Below, one piece after another: positions 51,884-64,000 of a stretch of 64,000 nucleotides of DNA. Source of the stretch: Somniosus microcephalus (Eukaryota); assembly GCA_052327205.1 (NCBI GenBank), contig CM126214.1:54374001-54438000 (forward strand), in the 5' to 3' direction. Below the pieces are notes generated by a model. It made no database searches. It was not told the origin of the DNA and saw nothing but the letters and a program-made list of their open reading frames with translations. Position 1 is the first letter of the stretch, and every line of letters begins with the position of its first letter. The position numbers were made by a program, and so were the translations under genes.

Positions 51884-53919
51884 ATCTTAATGAGACAGGA
51901 AGCCTCCCATTTAACCTGCTTTGCAGGTTTAACCCTGGCTGGCCAGATTACCCTGGCTGGCTGGATTACCCAGGCCTCTGGAAACTCGGTGGCTCAAGGG
52001 AGGCGAGGACAGCTTCGGGGAGAAGGTAAGTGCTTTTACAGCACTGCTTGTGGACCAGGAGGAGCAGGAGTGCTTCCCCCGCAGGGATCAGACATCCCCC
52101 CCCATCAGATCCCCGCCCCCCCCATAGAAAGACATTCAGGGTCAGCGATTGGACCCCGCCGCCCCCCCCACGCTCCCACTAGCAGCTGCAGGTTCCTTAC
52201 CTGCGGCTGAGGCCTGCTCCGAGTGCTCCCCACCCGACTGGAAGGCAAGCCTGTCAATCAAAGAAAGTGTCAACGAAAAGTTAAAACTCCACAGCATTCA
52301 GGGAAACCCGAACTTCCCGGTTTCCCGTCCGGAACTCCGCCACTCCGCCTACACAACCCACCCTTGTCAATATCAGGACCCATGATTCTGCTGCCGGGAT
52401 AAGGGAATTCAATTTACCAGTGTAAACGTAAGGAGCTGGCTCAAGGGTGCTGAGCTCCTAGAATCTGAACTAAAGTATGGTAGTGTAAACTGGCCTCCTA
52501 TGTCACTTAGGATACATCAAGATTTGGACCCAACATTCCACACATTTCCAGGAGGTCTAGGACTGGTTTGGACCTGAATTAGTGCACAGAATAGATTTCA
52601 GTAGAATTTGATCTTTCCACAATGCACAAAATGGCTCCATGAGTGGCACCAATGTGTGAAGAATCTCCTTACCAATTCCCATCCCTTCACTCCTGCAGCT
52701 TCTTTGTCACCCTGGCATGATCACACTCACATGCAATGTGGTTTGCATCACCACATGATTTGTCTGCACCACACTGCGTGCCAACATGTTGCAGTGGGTG
52801 TGTGCTGTCACTCAGTTGCCCATATCAAGAGGTACATCCGTCAACCTATCTGATGCAGGATTGAGGACACCTGAGTAGCCTTCACAGCAACTGTCCTGAT
52901 GAGTCAGTCCACTGCTCAGTGTTGTAGTGAGTCAGACAGGGCAGGCGGCTCGGTTCTGGGCTGAGTGAGCTGATTAAGGTGGGCCAGCAGTAGGGATGTT
53001 ACACTTGGCCTTGGAGGCCCCAGGTTAAAGAGGGGGAAAATTCAGGGCAGAGCATTTCTTGAGGCTCTGCAGGACAGTACACTCACATCGACATTGGCTG
53101 AGGATAGGAGGACATTTGGTATGTTGCCCTCAACAATCGAACAGGTTCACTTCATCCACACCCCATTCTCCACGTGCCTACATGGGTGATGGGAGACATT
53201 TGGTAGAACGGAAAATGAACCCTTAAAGCTAATTATTTTTGACGTGCTCCACATTTATTTTGAAGCTGTTCTGAGAACTCATTAATCCTATGCTTCTTAC
53301 TTTGTGCATGGAGTCTGTCATGTCTTCTACTCTCCACTTCTGGTTGCCATTGAGTTTGACATTGCTTGAGATGGAGATGTGATATCCAGCTGTTACTTGG
53401 TCCTTAGTTCTTCAGAATATGGCTGGTCCAGCCAAAGACAGAGTGACTCCTGTTGTCTCCATAACAAACACACAAATGTGTGTGAAGCGCTGTGACCTGT
53501 GTGTCAGGGGTGGCAAAGGTGATCCCATTGAATGAAGATTCGCAGCAGTATCTCTTTGATTTTGCTTTTAAAGAACCTGAGATCTGCTGTTACCCGAAGA
53601 CTTTTATGGGCTCGGGCAGTATGTTGTGCTAAATGCTTTTGTGAACTAAAGGTCATTAGAGGGGGGACCTTTCTGCTTTAAAGGTTTTAGTAAATCTGCC
53701 TAAAAGAACTGAGCACAATAATTTGTTAAAAAACTGACCACAAAACCAGGAGCCACCTCTTCCTTGATCAGCACTTTTATCCCTGTATCCTTTGGCTGTA
53801 TCATAACTGTCCCCTTCCTGGTGTAATCTCACCCTGACTCTGTCCTCTTCCCCCAGCACGAACAATCTGTCAACTTCAGATTACACAAAGAACATGAATA
53901 ATGGAACAGGATTCTCTCT

Positions 53920-54270
53920 GCGCACACCTGCACAGGCACAAACACAGACACATACCTGCGCACTCATAAATATACACGTAGACACATATACACTGACACA
54001 CAAACCTACACAGGCACTCATCTGCACACACAATATGCATATAGACACACAGACCTACACAGATGCACACCTACACACGCACATACTGACACTGGAACCT
54101 AAACAGGTGCACACCTACACATAGACACATATACCTACATATGAACACATATACTGCCACACACATCTATACACACATCTTTACAAACACACACACCTAT
54201 AGGCACAGATGCTTGCACAAGCACACACATTTATATAGATACACATATTGATATAGACACACACACCCCC
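53920..54270. repeat. Degenerate CA-rich low-complexity tract
   Basis: Interrupted (CA/TA)n. Confidence 0.85.
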
Positions 54271-57200
54271 TCCCATACAAACGCAGAGGCACAGAATTAA
54301 TTAAAATAAAATACTGCATAAAAATGTGAACAAATATTAACAAAAGCAGTTGAACAACAAAACCTGCCTCAGTTATTTCTTGATTTTATTTCCTGTTAGG
54401 CCAGGCCGGCGGGGGGGAAAGGAAATTGATTGAAATATTCTCTGGCACTGCCATTGCCTCATTAAAATGCGCTACTCATTTGTAGAAATTCATTTTTTAA
54501 ATTGCTTGTGTTTTTGGCTGTATTAAGTTCTACGAATATACCACTTCTAGTTCTATTTTAGTGCCCTCTACAGAAGTGTTCCTTTTTAAGGTAGATGAGT
54601 TTCTGCTATGTTTTGCAAGTGTATCTCTTACAGCTCCTTCACCCGTCTTCCCTCCCTTCTGCCATTTTTGACGTTCTTTTCAATCTTTGGGCTCGTTAGT
54701 TGTTTCCCTCAAGCCTTGATCCACATGTCCCTGTAGTCTCAATCACAAACAGATTGATGGTGCTTCTCTTTAATTTACTGCCAGTTCTGTACCCTCCCCA
54801 CTCCCCTCCTCAATCACCATGGTAACTCAATGTATGCATCTCACATTCGACTTCTGCGTCTCTTTGCGAACTGTATCTTGTACGTGTAAGTTCCTGGAGC
54901 CTCTCCCATCCGGTGCTTGCTGGTGGTAATAGTCCAATACGAAAGATGCGAGGACCATGTGGCTTTGCTGTGGCGCGTCCGTTGTAGGACTGTCCGCTTA
55001 CCACACTGTCCACCGCTGATAAGCCAACCACTTTTTGACGTCCATGTTGCATCTGCAAGAGGATGATTGGGACGGGCGGGGGTTTCGTTTCACCAGTTAG
55101 ATTCGGAAATCTTGTCCCACTCAATGCCACCTTATAACTCATCAGCAAGCATAAGCCTGGTTGCTCGCGAGTCACGAGAACCTTGTCTTTTCTATTTATT
55201 CATGTGGCGCTGTATGTGCCATAGTCAGAGAAACGAGGTTGGCACTGCCCTTTAACGAGGGAGCCATGGGTAGGACCAAGGAGCAAAATGGTTTGAGGAT
55301 CTGAATTTGGTGGCTTTGATCAATTGAGGACTCAGCACCAACTTGCTCATTCCAGTATGGTCCAGTTACAGGGGACCTCTGAGGGTGTATTATAAAAGTG
55401 ATCGTGACGTTAGGGAAACGAGAATCCAAGATTCAGAAACAGAAATCTGAAGTTTGTTTGCGGGTGTATCCCAATGTTTCTCATGCCCTTGGCGTGAGGT
55501 ATTGCCCCTTCGCTTTAACTTCTCAAATTACGAAATACAAACAAAAGACATCGAAAAGTTAGATCATAGGAACGCTGTTTTCTGTTTGGTGTGAGGATTC
55601 CTCCTTTATTTAAAGTTACTTTCTTTTTTTCCCATTCGTCCTGTGCCATACACATTCCATGGTTGAGAGAATGGGGACCATCTCCCATGACCCTGACAGT
55701 GCCATTCCAATATCTCTTCCTGCAAATCACTTGGAAGTGACCCACGCTGACTTTGCTCACAGCAGTGCTACTAATAGCATAACCCGAGGCCACTTGGGCT
55801 TGTCCCCCCTTCGCTTCTGGCCCTTGGCAGGCCTGCTCCTACATGTGCCTCCATTCATGACTTGACTGATTGTGGGATCTCAATCAAGCTGGCCAACAAA
55901 AGAAGGCAAGGGAATGTTTTCACGGGGAAAGTTATCCCAGCTTGGTTTCTCCCTCTGCCATTCAACAGTCCTGAAGTGCACAATAATAGCCTGGCCAGGG
56001 GTGGTAAAAGTCTCCTCTTAAGGTGCATTGCGTTTGAACAGCAGTCAAAATTCAACCCCCATGGGAATACAGTTCTGTGTTGCTAGGGGTGATAGCTTGC
56101 CCAATTACAATGATTCATTAATAATTTTCAAGTTATGTGACCAATATCACAGTTTGGTGGCCATAATTAACAATTTACATGGAGGGTCTAAAAGACAAAT
56201 AGTCATCCATCTGTGGAGGCAAATGTGGACAAGTTTATCACTGATGCTAGGCCATGGGTTTTTAGAAAAATGGTGTCATTTATTACCAATGCACATTGGC
56301 AGGCCAGTCTGCTGCCTAGTATTCCTCTGATAACCAGATGCGTCTGCTCAAGCCCCTTTCACTTGGGACTCAGCAGCCGTCCATTTTATATAGAAGACCA
56401 TGATCAATGCTAAATGAAAAGTCTGGCTTTGCGACGTGAAAGGAGACTGAAAGGGGCCCCTGTACCACCCTCATAGCATTCCACCTATGTTCATTGTGGC
56501 CAGAGTTAGCACAGGTAGATGAGGGGATAAAAAACTTGACATGATTTTGGAGACTGTTGTAGATGGAACATGGACAACCAAAATATGCCATATTGGTGGC
56601 ACTTTATGGGTGAATATTTAGGAACTGGTGTAAAGTGGCATGCCATTATGATTTAAGTGTGCAAAAAAAAAAGAAAAACCTGAGAGCAATTTACGCGAAA
56701 GCGTGGGACCTCTCCATGTTTATGATTCTGTGCATTTCTTAAAGTGGGCCTGTACTTGTGGATCGGGGATGTGAGTGTGGCACAGGCCTGATATTGGTGC
56801 GTGCAGTACCTGTGCCTGAACAGTTACCCCCCTCTTCCCCCCTCTCTCTCTATCTCTCTCTGGCTGTCACTACTGGCAAGTCCTTTTGTACCCATTCCCT
56901 TGCCTGTGTCTGCATGAGAACCTCCAGTGTCCCTTTTCTCCCCACCCTTCCCTCCCCCATATGTTGTCCATGCCGCAACTCTGTCTCGTCCCATGTGCAT
57001 CCATGTTCGACTGTGTAAGGTCTTGAGGCTGCATCCACTTCCAAGCAAAGGAGATGCACTACCTGTTGGTGTAGTCAACATTTCTTTTATAGTTTTTAGT
57101 TTTTATTTTTTTATTATTATTATTTGTTTTCCTTTTTCTGCCAGGACTGCTGCGATGTGACAATGTGAGCCACCACATTCTGTCACATCGGCTGGAAGTA

Positions 57201-59194
57201 ACGCAGCATTGAAGTGGGTCCCTCCCCAATCCGTCTGGGCATGCTAGCGATCCTCCAGTTATATATTCCTATGTGCATATATATATTTATATATCTCTCT
57301 ACCTTCTGCATGGTGTCTGTGAACTGATAGATGCATCTATTTGATGGATCCTTGTAATATCTTGAAAAGGCTTCGTACAGTCGATATACCTGCACCACAA
57401 AAATTTCATTAGTGTTTCTCATCTTTATTGTTCCCAGCCAATTGGACACCTCTGATCCATCAATGGACGCACTTCAATTGCAGCCTTTTCCCGTGGCTGG
57501 CCAGCCAGCTACACCCCACTCAATGGATTTGGTGGCCGATGTTTTCATTTTCCATCAACAGTCGCACTGGACTGGGTTGGATAAGGCCGCCATCTTTGTC
57601 ACGACTGCTTGTCGCTTTGTTGTTATTAAGCGGCCAACGGACAACGGAACTTTTTGTGGGCGGACGGGGTGGGAGCTAGGACAACGGGTCAGTTTTTTTC
57701 ACCAAAGTAAAGAGGGAAAGAAAGCTCTGTTGGGAATATTAGCAAGACTCATAAAGAGCTTTTTTTTTAATCGGAACTGTGTATCCTCTTTCAATGAGTT
57801 GAGAATAAATGAAATCAGGCAGCCAAAACCATTGACTCAAGTCTCCCCAAACCTGCCATTCACTTCGGCAGACACAACATTTAGGAAAAAAAATCTTTAT
57901 TGCCACAAAATGGCATTTGATCGATAAATGAAGCCACGTGTTCGGCAAGATTGTTTTTTTCAACAAGGGCTCACTACCAGATTGGGTGAAAATCCTTAAG
58001 GGTGTTTAAGGAATGATCCCATCCAGCAGAGATGCAGCAAATAACTGGTATATAGATACCACAGTATATTTGTACTGGCAGTTCCATGTCTCTGAGTCAG
58101 AAGGAAAGACTTTATTTCTTTCGCAAGTGGGACCAAATGGCACTCGTCCAGTTACCTGTTCAGTTGTCAACGGTGATGCCAACCGACCAGTCCATTTTTG
58201 ATGACATCATTCTTAGGAGGAAGGCACTGGTTCCACAGTGATAGATGATTGGAGCAACTATGCTATCCCTGGATGTCGATCTTCCTTATTTAATTAGTTA
58301 ATGGCAGATAGTGCTCCCTGTTAGGATGGTAGATGAGCAAGACTATTATGGGTAGATCACCAGAAGAATTATTTTTAAAAATCAACAGTGTCAATAGAAA
58401 TTGTACTGGAATAGCACTCCAACCCTGTTGGCCTGGCTGTCCAGATGATGTCATCTGAAACTGCCCAACTGAAGGAGGCAGTTCTATTTGGAGCTGAAGA
58501 GAGACTATAACATGGAGGAAAGACCATCAAAATTGGTCCAAATTTATGCATAGTTAACATAGTGAAAAGGCTAGACTACACACTCTTGAGGGATGGTTGC
58601 CATGAGAAGCAGTGATGCGTTAAGACGAAAAGAATAGTACTGTTCTTCCCACGTTGCCCTTTTGTGATTAAATTTAAGTAGAATTTTTAAAAATTGTCTT
58701 TTTTCAATAAAGTCAAATGTTTTCCTTTATGGAGATACTTAGTAAAAAAAAAAGGTTTTTATAATGAAGGCAAAAACTCATTGCAATTCTTTTAGTTACT
58801 ATGGAGTGGGCAAATCATCTGAAAGTTGAGGAATCTAGTTTAGCTCCCTCCTATATCTCTCCTTTTGTAGAATGCCCCCATCAGGTACAGATCATAATGT
58901 CCTCGCTCAAACAAAATGGCCACTGATGTCACATGACTGAGCGCTCTACATGTGCCTGTATTTCTGGAATTCACAATCTCGCCCCCCTCCTTACCAAAAC
59001 ACATTTAAGATGAGAAACTAACTAATAAATTTTTGTGTCTCTCAATGTGCTGTGATGGGTCTCAGACTGGTCACTGAACACTTGTGCTACGAATGTGCTT
59101 TCTGTGGACTCATTTTGTTACTGTGCTGTGTGTCTCAAATGCTGCCAACTCTCATTTTCTTGCTTGTTGTTACCTTTCTGTGTTCCGCCCTCAG

Positions 59195-59467
59195 TTCGGC
59201 GCGTTCCACCTAGGTTCTCCATCAGTCCTCCGCTCAGCCAAGAGATTGTGCCCGGTGGGAGTGTGAACATTACCTGCGTTGCCGTGGGTTCCCCCATGCC
59301 CTACGTGAAGTGGATGCTGGGAGCTGAAGATCTGACGCCAGAAGATGACATGCCTGTTGGCCGGAATGTTCTGGAGCTTAACAGTATCCGGGAGTCTGCT
59401 AATTACACCTGCGTGGCGATGTCCAGCCTTGGGGTGATTGAAACAATGTCACAGATTATTGTTAAAG
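59195..59467 (+). CDS. PTPRS: Coding exon, Ig3 ([40 protein letters not shown]...[24 protein letters not shown])
   Basis: ccctcag|TT...AAAG|gtaatt, 273 nt, phase 1-1. C-W-C Ig pattern; EDDMPVGRN and AMSSLGVIE are PTPRS-type. Confidence 0.97.
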
Positions 59468-59475
59468 GTAATTGA

Positions 59476-59925
59476 AAGAAAGAACTTTCATTTCTATAGC
59501 GTCTTTCATGACCTCAGGACGTCCCAAAGCACTTTACAGCCAGTGAAGTATTTTTGAATTCTCATCACTGTTGTAATGTAGGAAATGTGGAAGCCAATTT
59601 GTGCACAGCGATGTCCCATAAACCGTAATGTGACAACCTGTATTGCTGATGTTGGTTGAGGGATAAATATTGGCCAGGACACCGGGGAGAACTCCCCTGC
59701 TCTTCTTCAAAATAGTGCCATGGGATCTTTTACATCCACAATGGGCAGACGAAGCCTCGATTTAATGTCTTAACTGAAAGATGGCACCTCCGATAGTGCA
59801 GCGCTCCCTCGGTACTGCACTGGAGTGTCAGCCTAGTCTCTGGAGTGGGACTTGCTCAAGTCTCTGGAGTGGGACTTGAATCCTCAACTTTCTGACTCAG
59901 AAGTGAGAGTGCTACCAACTGGGCC
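59476..59925 (-). mobile_element. Deu-domain tRNA SINE (SacSINE1-like), near full length
   Basis: rc contains GCAGTACCGAGGGAGCGCTGCACTATCGGAGGTGCCATCTTTC...GATGTAAAAGATCCCATGGCACTATTT...GGAGTTCTCCCCGGTGTCCTGGCCAAT, with an L2-like tail; fills most of the 658-bp intron. Confidence 0.8.
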
Positions 59926-60125
59926 GTAGCTGTGTGTTTTCAGTATTCTGGTTACCAGCAATAAAGCCACCTTTATTTATTTTTTATTCCATGGGTTCAA
60001 AGGTCATGCAGATGGTATAGGTTTTATATTATCGACGGAAAAGGGTCGGAGCATGAAATATTAAGGTTCAAAACTTCTTTTCATGTATGTTTTAACAAAC
60101 CATGTCTCACTATTGATATTTTCAG

Positions 60126-60707
60126 CACTCCCAAAGCCTCCTGGAACTCCGATAGTGGTGGAGACCACTGCCACCAGTGTGACTTTAACATGGGATTCCG
60201 GCAATCCTGACCACATCAACTACTACATCATTGAGTACAGACCCAAGAACACTGACTTACTCTACCAGACCATAGACGGCATCCAAACCCTACGCTACAG
60301 CATTGGCGGATTGAGCCCCTACTCCGATTATGAGTTTAAAATCTCTGCCGTCAACTCCATTGGTCAGGGTCCACCCAGTGAGACAGTGGAGACGAGGACT
60401 GGCGAGCAGGTGCCCTCGAGCTCTCCGCGGAGCGTTCAGGCACGGATGTTGAGTGCGACCACCATGCTGATTCAATGGGAGGAGCCCGAAGAGCCAAACG
60501 GCCAAATCCGCGGATACCGGGTCTACTATACGATGGAGCCACAGCAGCCTGTGAACAACTGGCAGAAGCACAATCTGGATGACAGCCTCCTAACGACCGT
60601 TGCCAACTTGATACCACAGACAACGTACAGTGTCAAGGTCTTGGCTTTCACCTCTGTTGGAGATGGGCCGCTGTCACCCGAGATTCAGGTCAAAACTCAG
60701 CAGGGAG
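60126..60707 (+). CDS. PTPRS: Coding exon, FN3 repeats 1 and 2 (ALPKPPGTP...VKTQQG)
   Basis: ttttcag|CA...GGAG|gtgagt, 582 nt, phase 1-1. [34 protein letters not shown] and KTQQG are PTPRS-type. Confidence 0.97.
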
Positions 60708-61079
60708 GTGAGTTGTATTTGGTGATTAGTTGCACAGTATCCCTGGGGTTATTTGGTACCTTTCACTGTAAGACTGATGGTTCATCAAAGAGAAAACTCC
60801 AGGCCTGAGACATCTCTAACACAGTATCTAGTCCCCAGCACAATATGTCCTAATACTGGCATCTACACCAAATTCAAAGTGAATGTTTTCTACTTCCTGA
60901 CAGCAATCATTAACTATTTAGTGGACAATCATTGGCAGCCTTCACCATTTGACAGCCGAGCTGGGAAGGTATGTTGATTTTTGTAAGAGATTGGGGCCCA
61001 TGACAAAGATAGGGCTTTGGGAAGGAGTTAGCTGTGACACCGAGTTGTAGAGTGCAAATTGATTGATTTGGTTTGGCAG

Positions 61080-61320
61080 TTAGTACTGTGCTGTGATGTG
61101 TTAAGGAAGAAAACCTGCCCTCGTTACCCAGTCTGGCCTCTACATGACTCCAGCCCCACACCAACGTGATTGACTCTTCACTGCCCTCTGAAATGGACGA
61201 GCAAACCACTTCATTTTAGAAGAAGGGCCACCACCACCTTCTCAGGACAACTAGGGATGGACAAATAATGCCAGCCTTGCCAGCAACGCACATATCCCAA
61301 GAATTAATTTTAAAAAAAGA
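61080..61320 (+). mobile_element. Retroposon (SINE/CR1-tail) fragment
   Basis: TCTGGCCTCTACATGACTCCAG...TTGACTCTTCACTGCCCTCTGAAATGG...CAACTAGGGATGGACAAATAATGCCAGCCTTGCCAGC plus A-tail. Confidence 0.7.
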
Positions 61321-63109
61321 AGCAGCTTTTGATCTTACTTGATTTGGACACGTGTGATTGCAGACTCAGTACAAGGAGTCTGCCACATGAGGACTTCCAG
61401 GGCTCTGATGGGTCAGATGACGTTGCTGAGATGGGAGTCACCCTACTGTGCAAGAGTGTTGATCATTTTTGGGGTGGGAAGAGGAAATGAGTTGGAGCAA
61501 TAACAGAATGGTTTTGTAAAACACATCAGGTAGGAATCACACAGCGACATTAGTAAAGAATGTGTTGACATAGTCATTACTTAACAGCATTGTGTTTGTA
61601 AGGGGCAAGGAAGAGAGATTGTTCTTTGACCGAGCTCAGTGATGTCCTCTTTATGCCAGAACTCAACACTGGAGGAGATGCTGCTCAGACCCCCTGGAAA
61701 TTACTTTAAGCTTCTAGCTGAGATATCCAGAGCTGAAAGGCATGGAAAGCACCCAATGGCAGGCCTGAACCAGGGGGTTGGAATAGTAACTTTGCCCAAA
61801 TTTGTGGGACTTCTCTACAGGCCTGTCACTCCAGCAGAAGCGAGCTTTAAATTGCTTAGCGCTCACCCAATGGCTTGTTGAGTTTATCCAGTCAGTAGCT
61901 GCACAATATAGATCACGAAGATTCCCGATTCTGCCCCTGGTCTGTGCTGGGTTAGCTGGTCTCGGCTGAAGCACTGATTGTGCTGCTATAATTGGCCTCA
62001 ATAGCCCAGGGTTAGGGAGTGTAAAATTGGTTAGGGCTCCCAGTGGTCCAGTGAAACTGCACCACAGCCAAGAGTTAATGCCTTCAGGAGGGCAGGGGTA
62101 AGAGGGAAGTTATTGAAACAAAAATGTTAATTTGTTGAGATAAATCCAGATGTAAGTTCCTCAGGAGGTACAGTTGCAGCAGGAATTGGAAGAGTTGCAG
62201 TCCTCCTGCTCCAGTTCATCTGGGACTGTAAGCAGCGCCATTTTGGAGTGACCAGTTTCTCCCTTGCCAGCAACATTTCCGATAAGTCTTCTGCTATAGC
62301 ACCAGCCACAGGTGGCAGATGCCTGTCTCCTCGTATTGCTTCAAAACCTTTTCTGGCAAACAGAGGAAAGTAAAGATACCGCACCAAGAGCCGAACGTGA
62401 TGAAGCTTGTGAGCTCCAGCAAGACCTCGGGTCAACAAATGCTTGCAAAAGGGCAGTGTCTACGGAGATACTTTATCACGATCAGATATAGCGGTGAGGT
62501 CACTTTAATGGCCCTGTCTGACCTTTCACGTAATACTCGGGGCATGTTATCAATCTGGGGGAAAAAAAACACGCACACAATGTGGGGGGGGTGGGTGACT
62601 GTAGAATTAGATTTCAGTACACTGTGTGCACAGCGGTATCTAGAAAAATGCCCTTCCCCCTTGAACTACTTAACGTTAGATTAGATTTGGACTATTAGGT
62701 CTGGTGTGCCGTGTCATGTCAACTGGATCTGACCTGCGCTGTGGTGCATTAAGTCTGACAGTCCGCTTAGGGTGCTGCCTGTTATCTGCCAGCCATTTCT
62801 TGAGAAGCAATCAATACAGCAACAAACTGCTGTTACAAATCACTACCTCATCACAACAGCAGCGATAGCAGGAGTAATAGTAGCACTTTGTATTGGAGAG
62901 AAAAAAAACCTTGTTGAAAATTTCATCTGATTTCAAAGAGAAAGCCTTTGCTGGAGAGTAAGCTTTTATCAATTTGCTGCTAATGTGGATGGCGATGCTT
63001 CAGATTGGAAGTTAGCCCTCCAGCTGGTGGCTCGGAGAAAAATGCACCACCCACAGTGGTAGTCAGACCCTTCAAACCAGGAGGAGTTAGGTGATCTCCG
63101 GCACGACGG

Positions 63110-63360
63110 TTGTAGGGATGCAAGAGTTGCCCCAAGAATCCTGGGCTAGGGGAAGAGAAGATCAGCAATTGTTCCCCTTCCTAATCACTATCCACTGACT
63201 CCCGCTGGAAAGTGTGTTCCTCAGGTGAGAACACTGTGATGCCATCGATGATGGAATAGCCTGCTGGCTCACTCTCTGGACAGTCGCATAAAGAATAGTG
63301 AGTTCGGTGAGGTGCTGGAGGGCTGCTACCATGTCTCAGTACTTTCAGGAGAGAACAAGA
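63110..63360 (+). mobile_element. Family X SINE-like copy
   Basis: CTGGGCTAGGGGAAGAG...CCCGCTGGAAAGTGTG...GGAATAGCCTGC...AAGAATAG. Confidence 0.5.
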
Positions 63361-63794
63361 ATAAGAAGGTATATTTAAATCTGGGATTTAATCACAGCAG
63401 TGATTGATCTGGTATGAGGTGAAATGGAAGACTGAGACAATCACGGAGGCAATTTAAACACCTCAGTATGCATGCATCTCAGCATCTAGTATCACACTGA
63501 ATTTCTGTCCATCTCTTCTCATTAGTTCTGTTGTACGTGAATAAATGTTTAATGTATGTGTATAAAAATGTGATCTCGAACCCCAGCACATTGCACCATT
63601 CCTTTTGACTTGGTGATAGGAATTTGTAAATATAGGATTGCATTTTATTTTTATAACATCGTTTTATTTTTACAAATTGGATGTAGCAGTAGATACCCAT
63701 TGTGCCCATAGGCCTCGTTCCTGGTGAGTCCTTACTATATAAGTGTCTGCTCCTAGGCAGTGTCTGACCAGCCATTAGAAACACAAGTACGACA

Positions 63795-63970
63795 GCAAAA
63801 TACTGCAAATGCTGGAAATCCGAAATAACAACAGAAAATGCTGGAAAAACTCAGCAGGCCAGGCAACATCCGTGGAGAGAAATTAGAGTCGACGTTTCGG
63901 GTGAACCCTTTTTCAAAACTGGAAAGGAAATGAAATACATCGAAGGCAGGGCTGCGATAGAACAAAAGAA
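63795..63970 (-). mobile_element. Penelope-like tail with degenerate hammerhead
   Basis: rc AGTTTTGAAAAAGGGTTCACCCGAAACGTCGACTCT; core CUGANGA mutated, GAAAC-GUC retained. Confidence 0.65.
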
Positions 63971-64000
63971 GTAAATTGACATTAAGAGGTATTCAAAACC

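Larger units (their letters stand above)
49491..52381. mobile_element. Nested cluster of non-autonomous DNA-transposon-like elements
   Basis: GC/CpG-rich block bounded by GGGGTGAATTTT... and ...ATATCAGGACCC, with inner TIR elements and many hairpins; outer boundaries approximate. Confidence 0.5.

Noticed and set aside
52011-52031. meB look-alike AGCTTCGGGGAGAAG-gtaagt (ELRGE)
   Set aside because: No AG acceptor or pyrimidine tract before it, it lies inside a TE cluster, and the real meB is at 38487-38498.
60083-60808. 241-aa ORF as a stand-alone gene
   Set aside because: It is the FN3 exon (60126-60707) read through into flanking introns; the same applies to ORFs at 15305, 29792 and 59095.

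Overview
Vertebrate genomic DNA, almost certainly from an elasmobranch (shark or ray), judged by HE1/V-SINE, Deu-domain SINE, CR1 and Penelope-type repeat remnants. The window covers an internal part of a LAR-family (type IIa) receptor tyrosine phosphatase gene on the + strand, most similar to PTPRS. Four constitutive coding exons (Ig2 N-half, Ig2 C-half, Ig3, FN3-1/2) and all three known ectodomain microexons (meA3 9 nt ESF, meA6 18 nt GGTPIR, meB 12 nt ELRE) can be read directly with GT-AG sites, all phase 1-1. The first 13.6 kb is a 17-bp satellite with a nested ~5.64-kb higher-order structure, probably intronic. The introns hold hammerhead-ribozyme-like Penelope tails (two inverted around exons), several long fold-back structures (one with compensatory stem changes), minisatellites and candidate extra splice sites. 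Nearly all ORFs in the supplied track are spurious. I see no prokaryote-type system (CRISPR, operon etc.). Family comparisons are from memory of consensus sequences, not database searches, and repeat boundaries are approximate.
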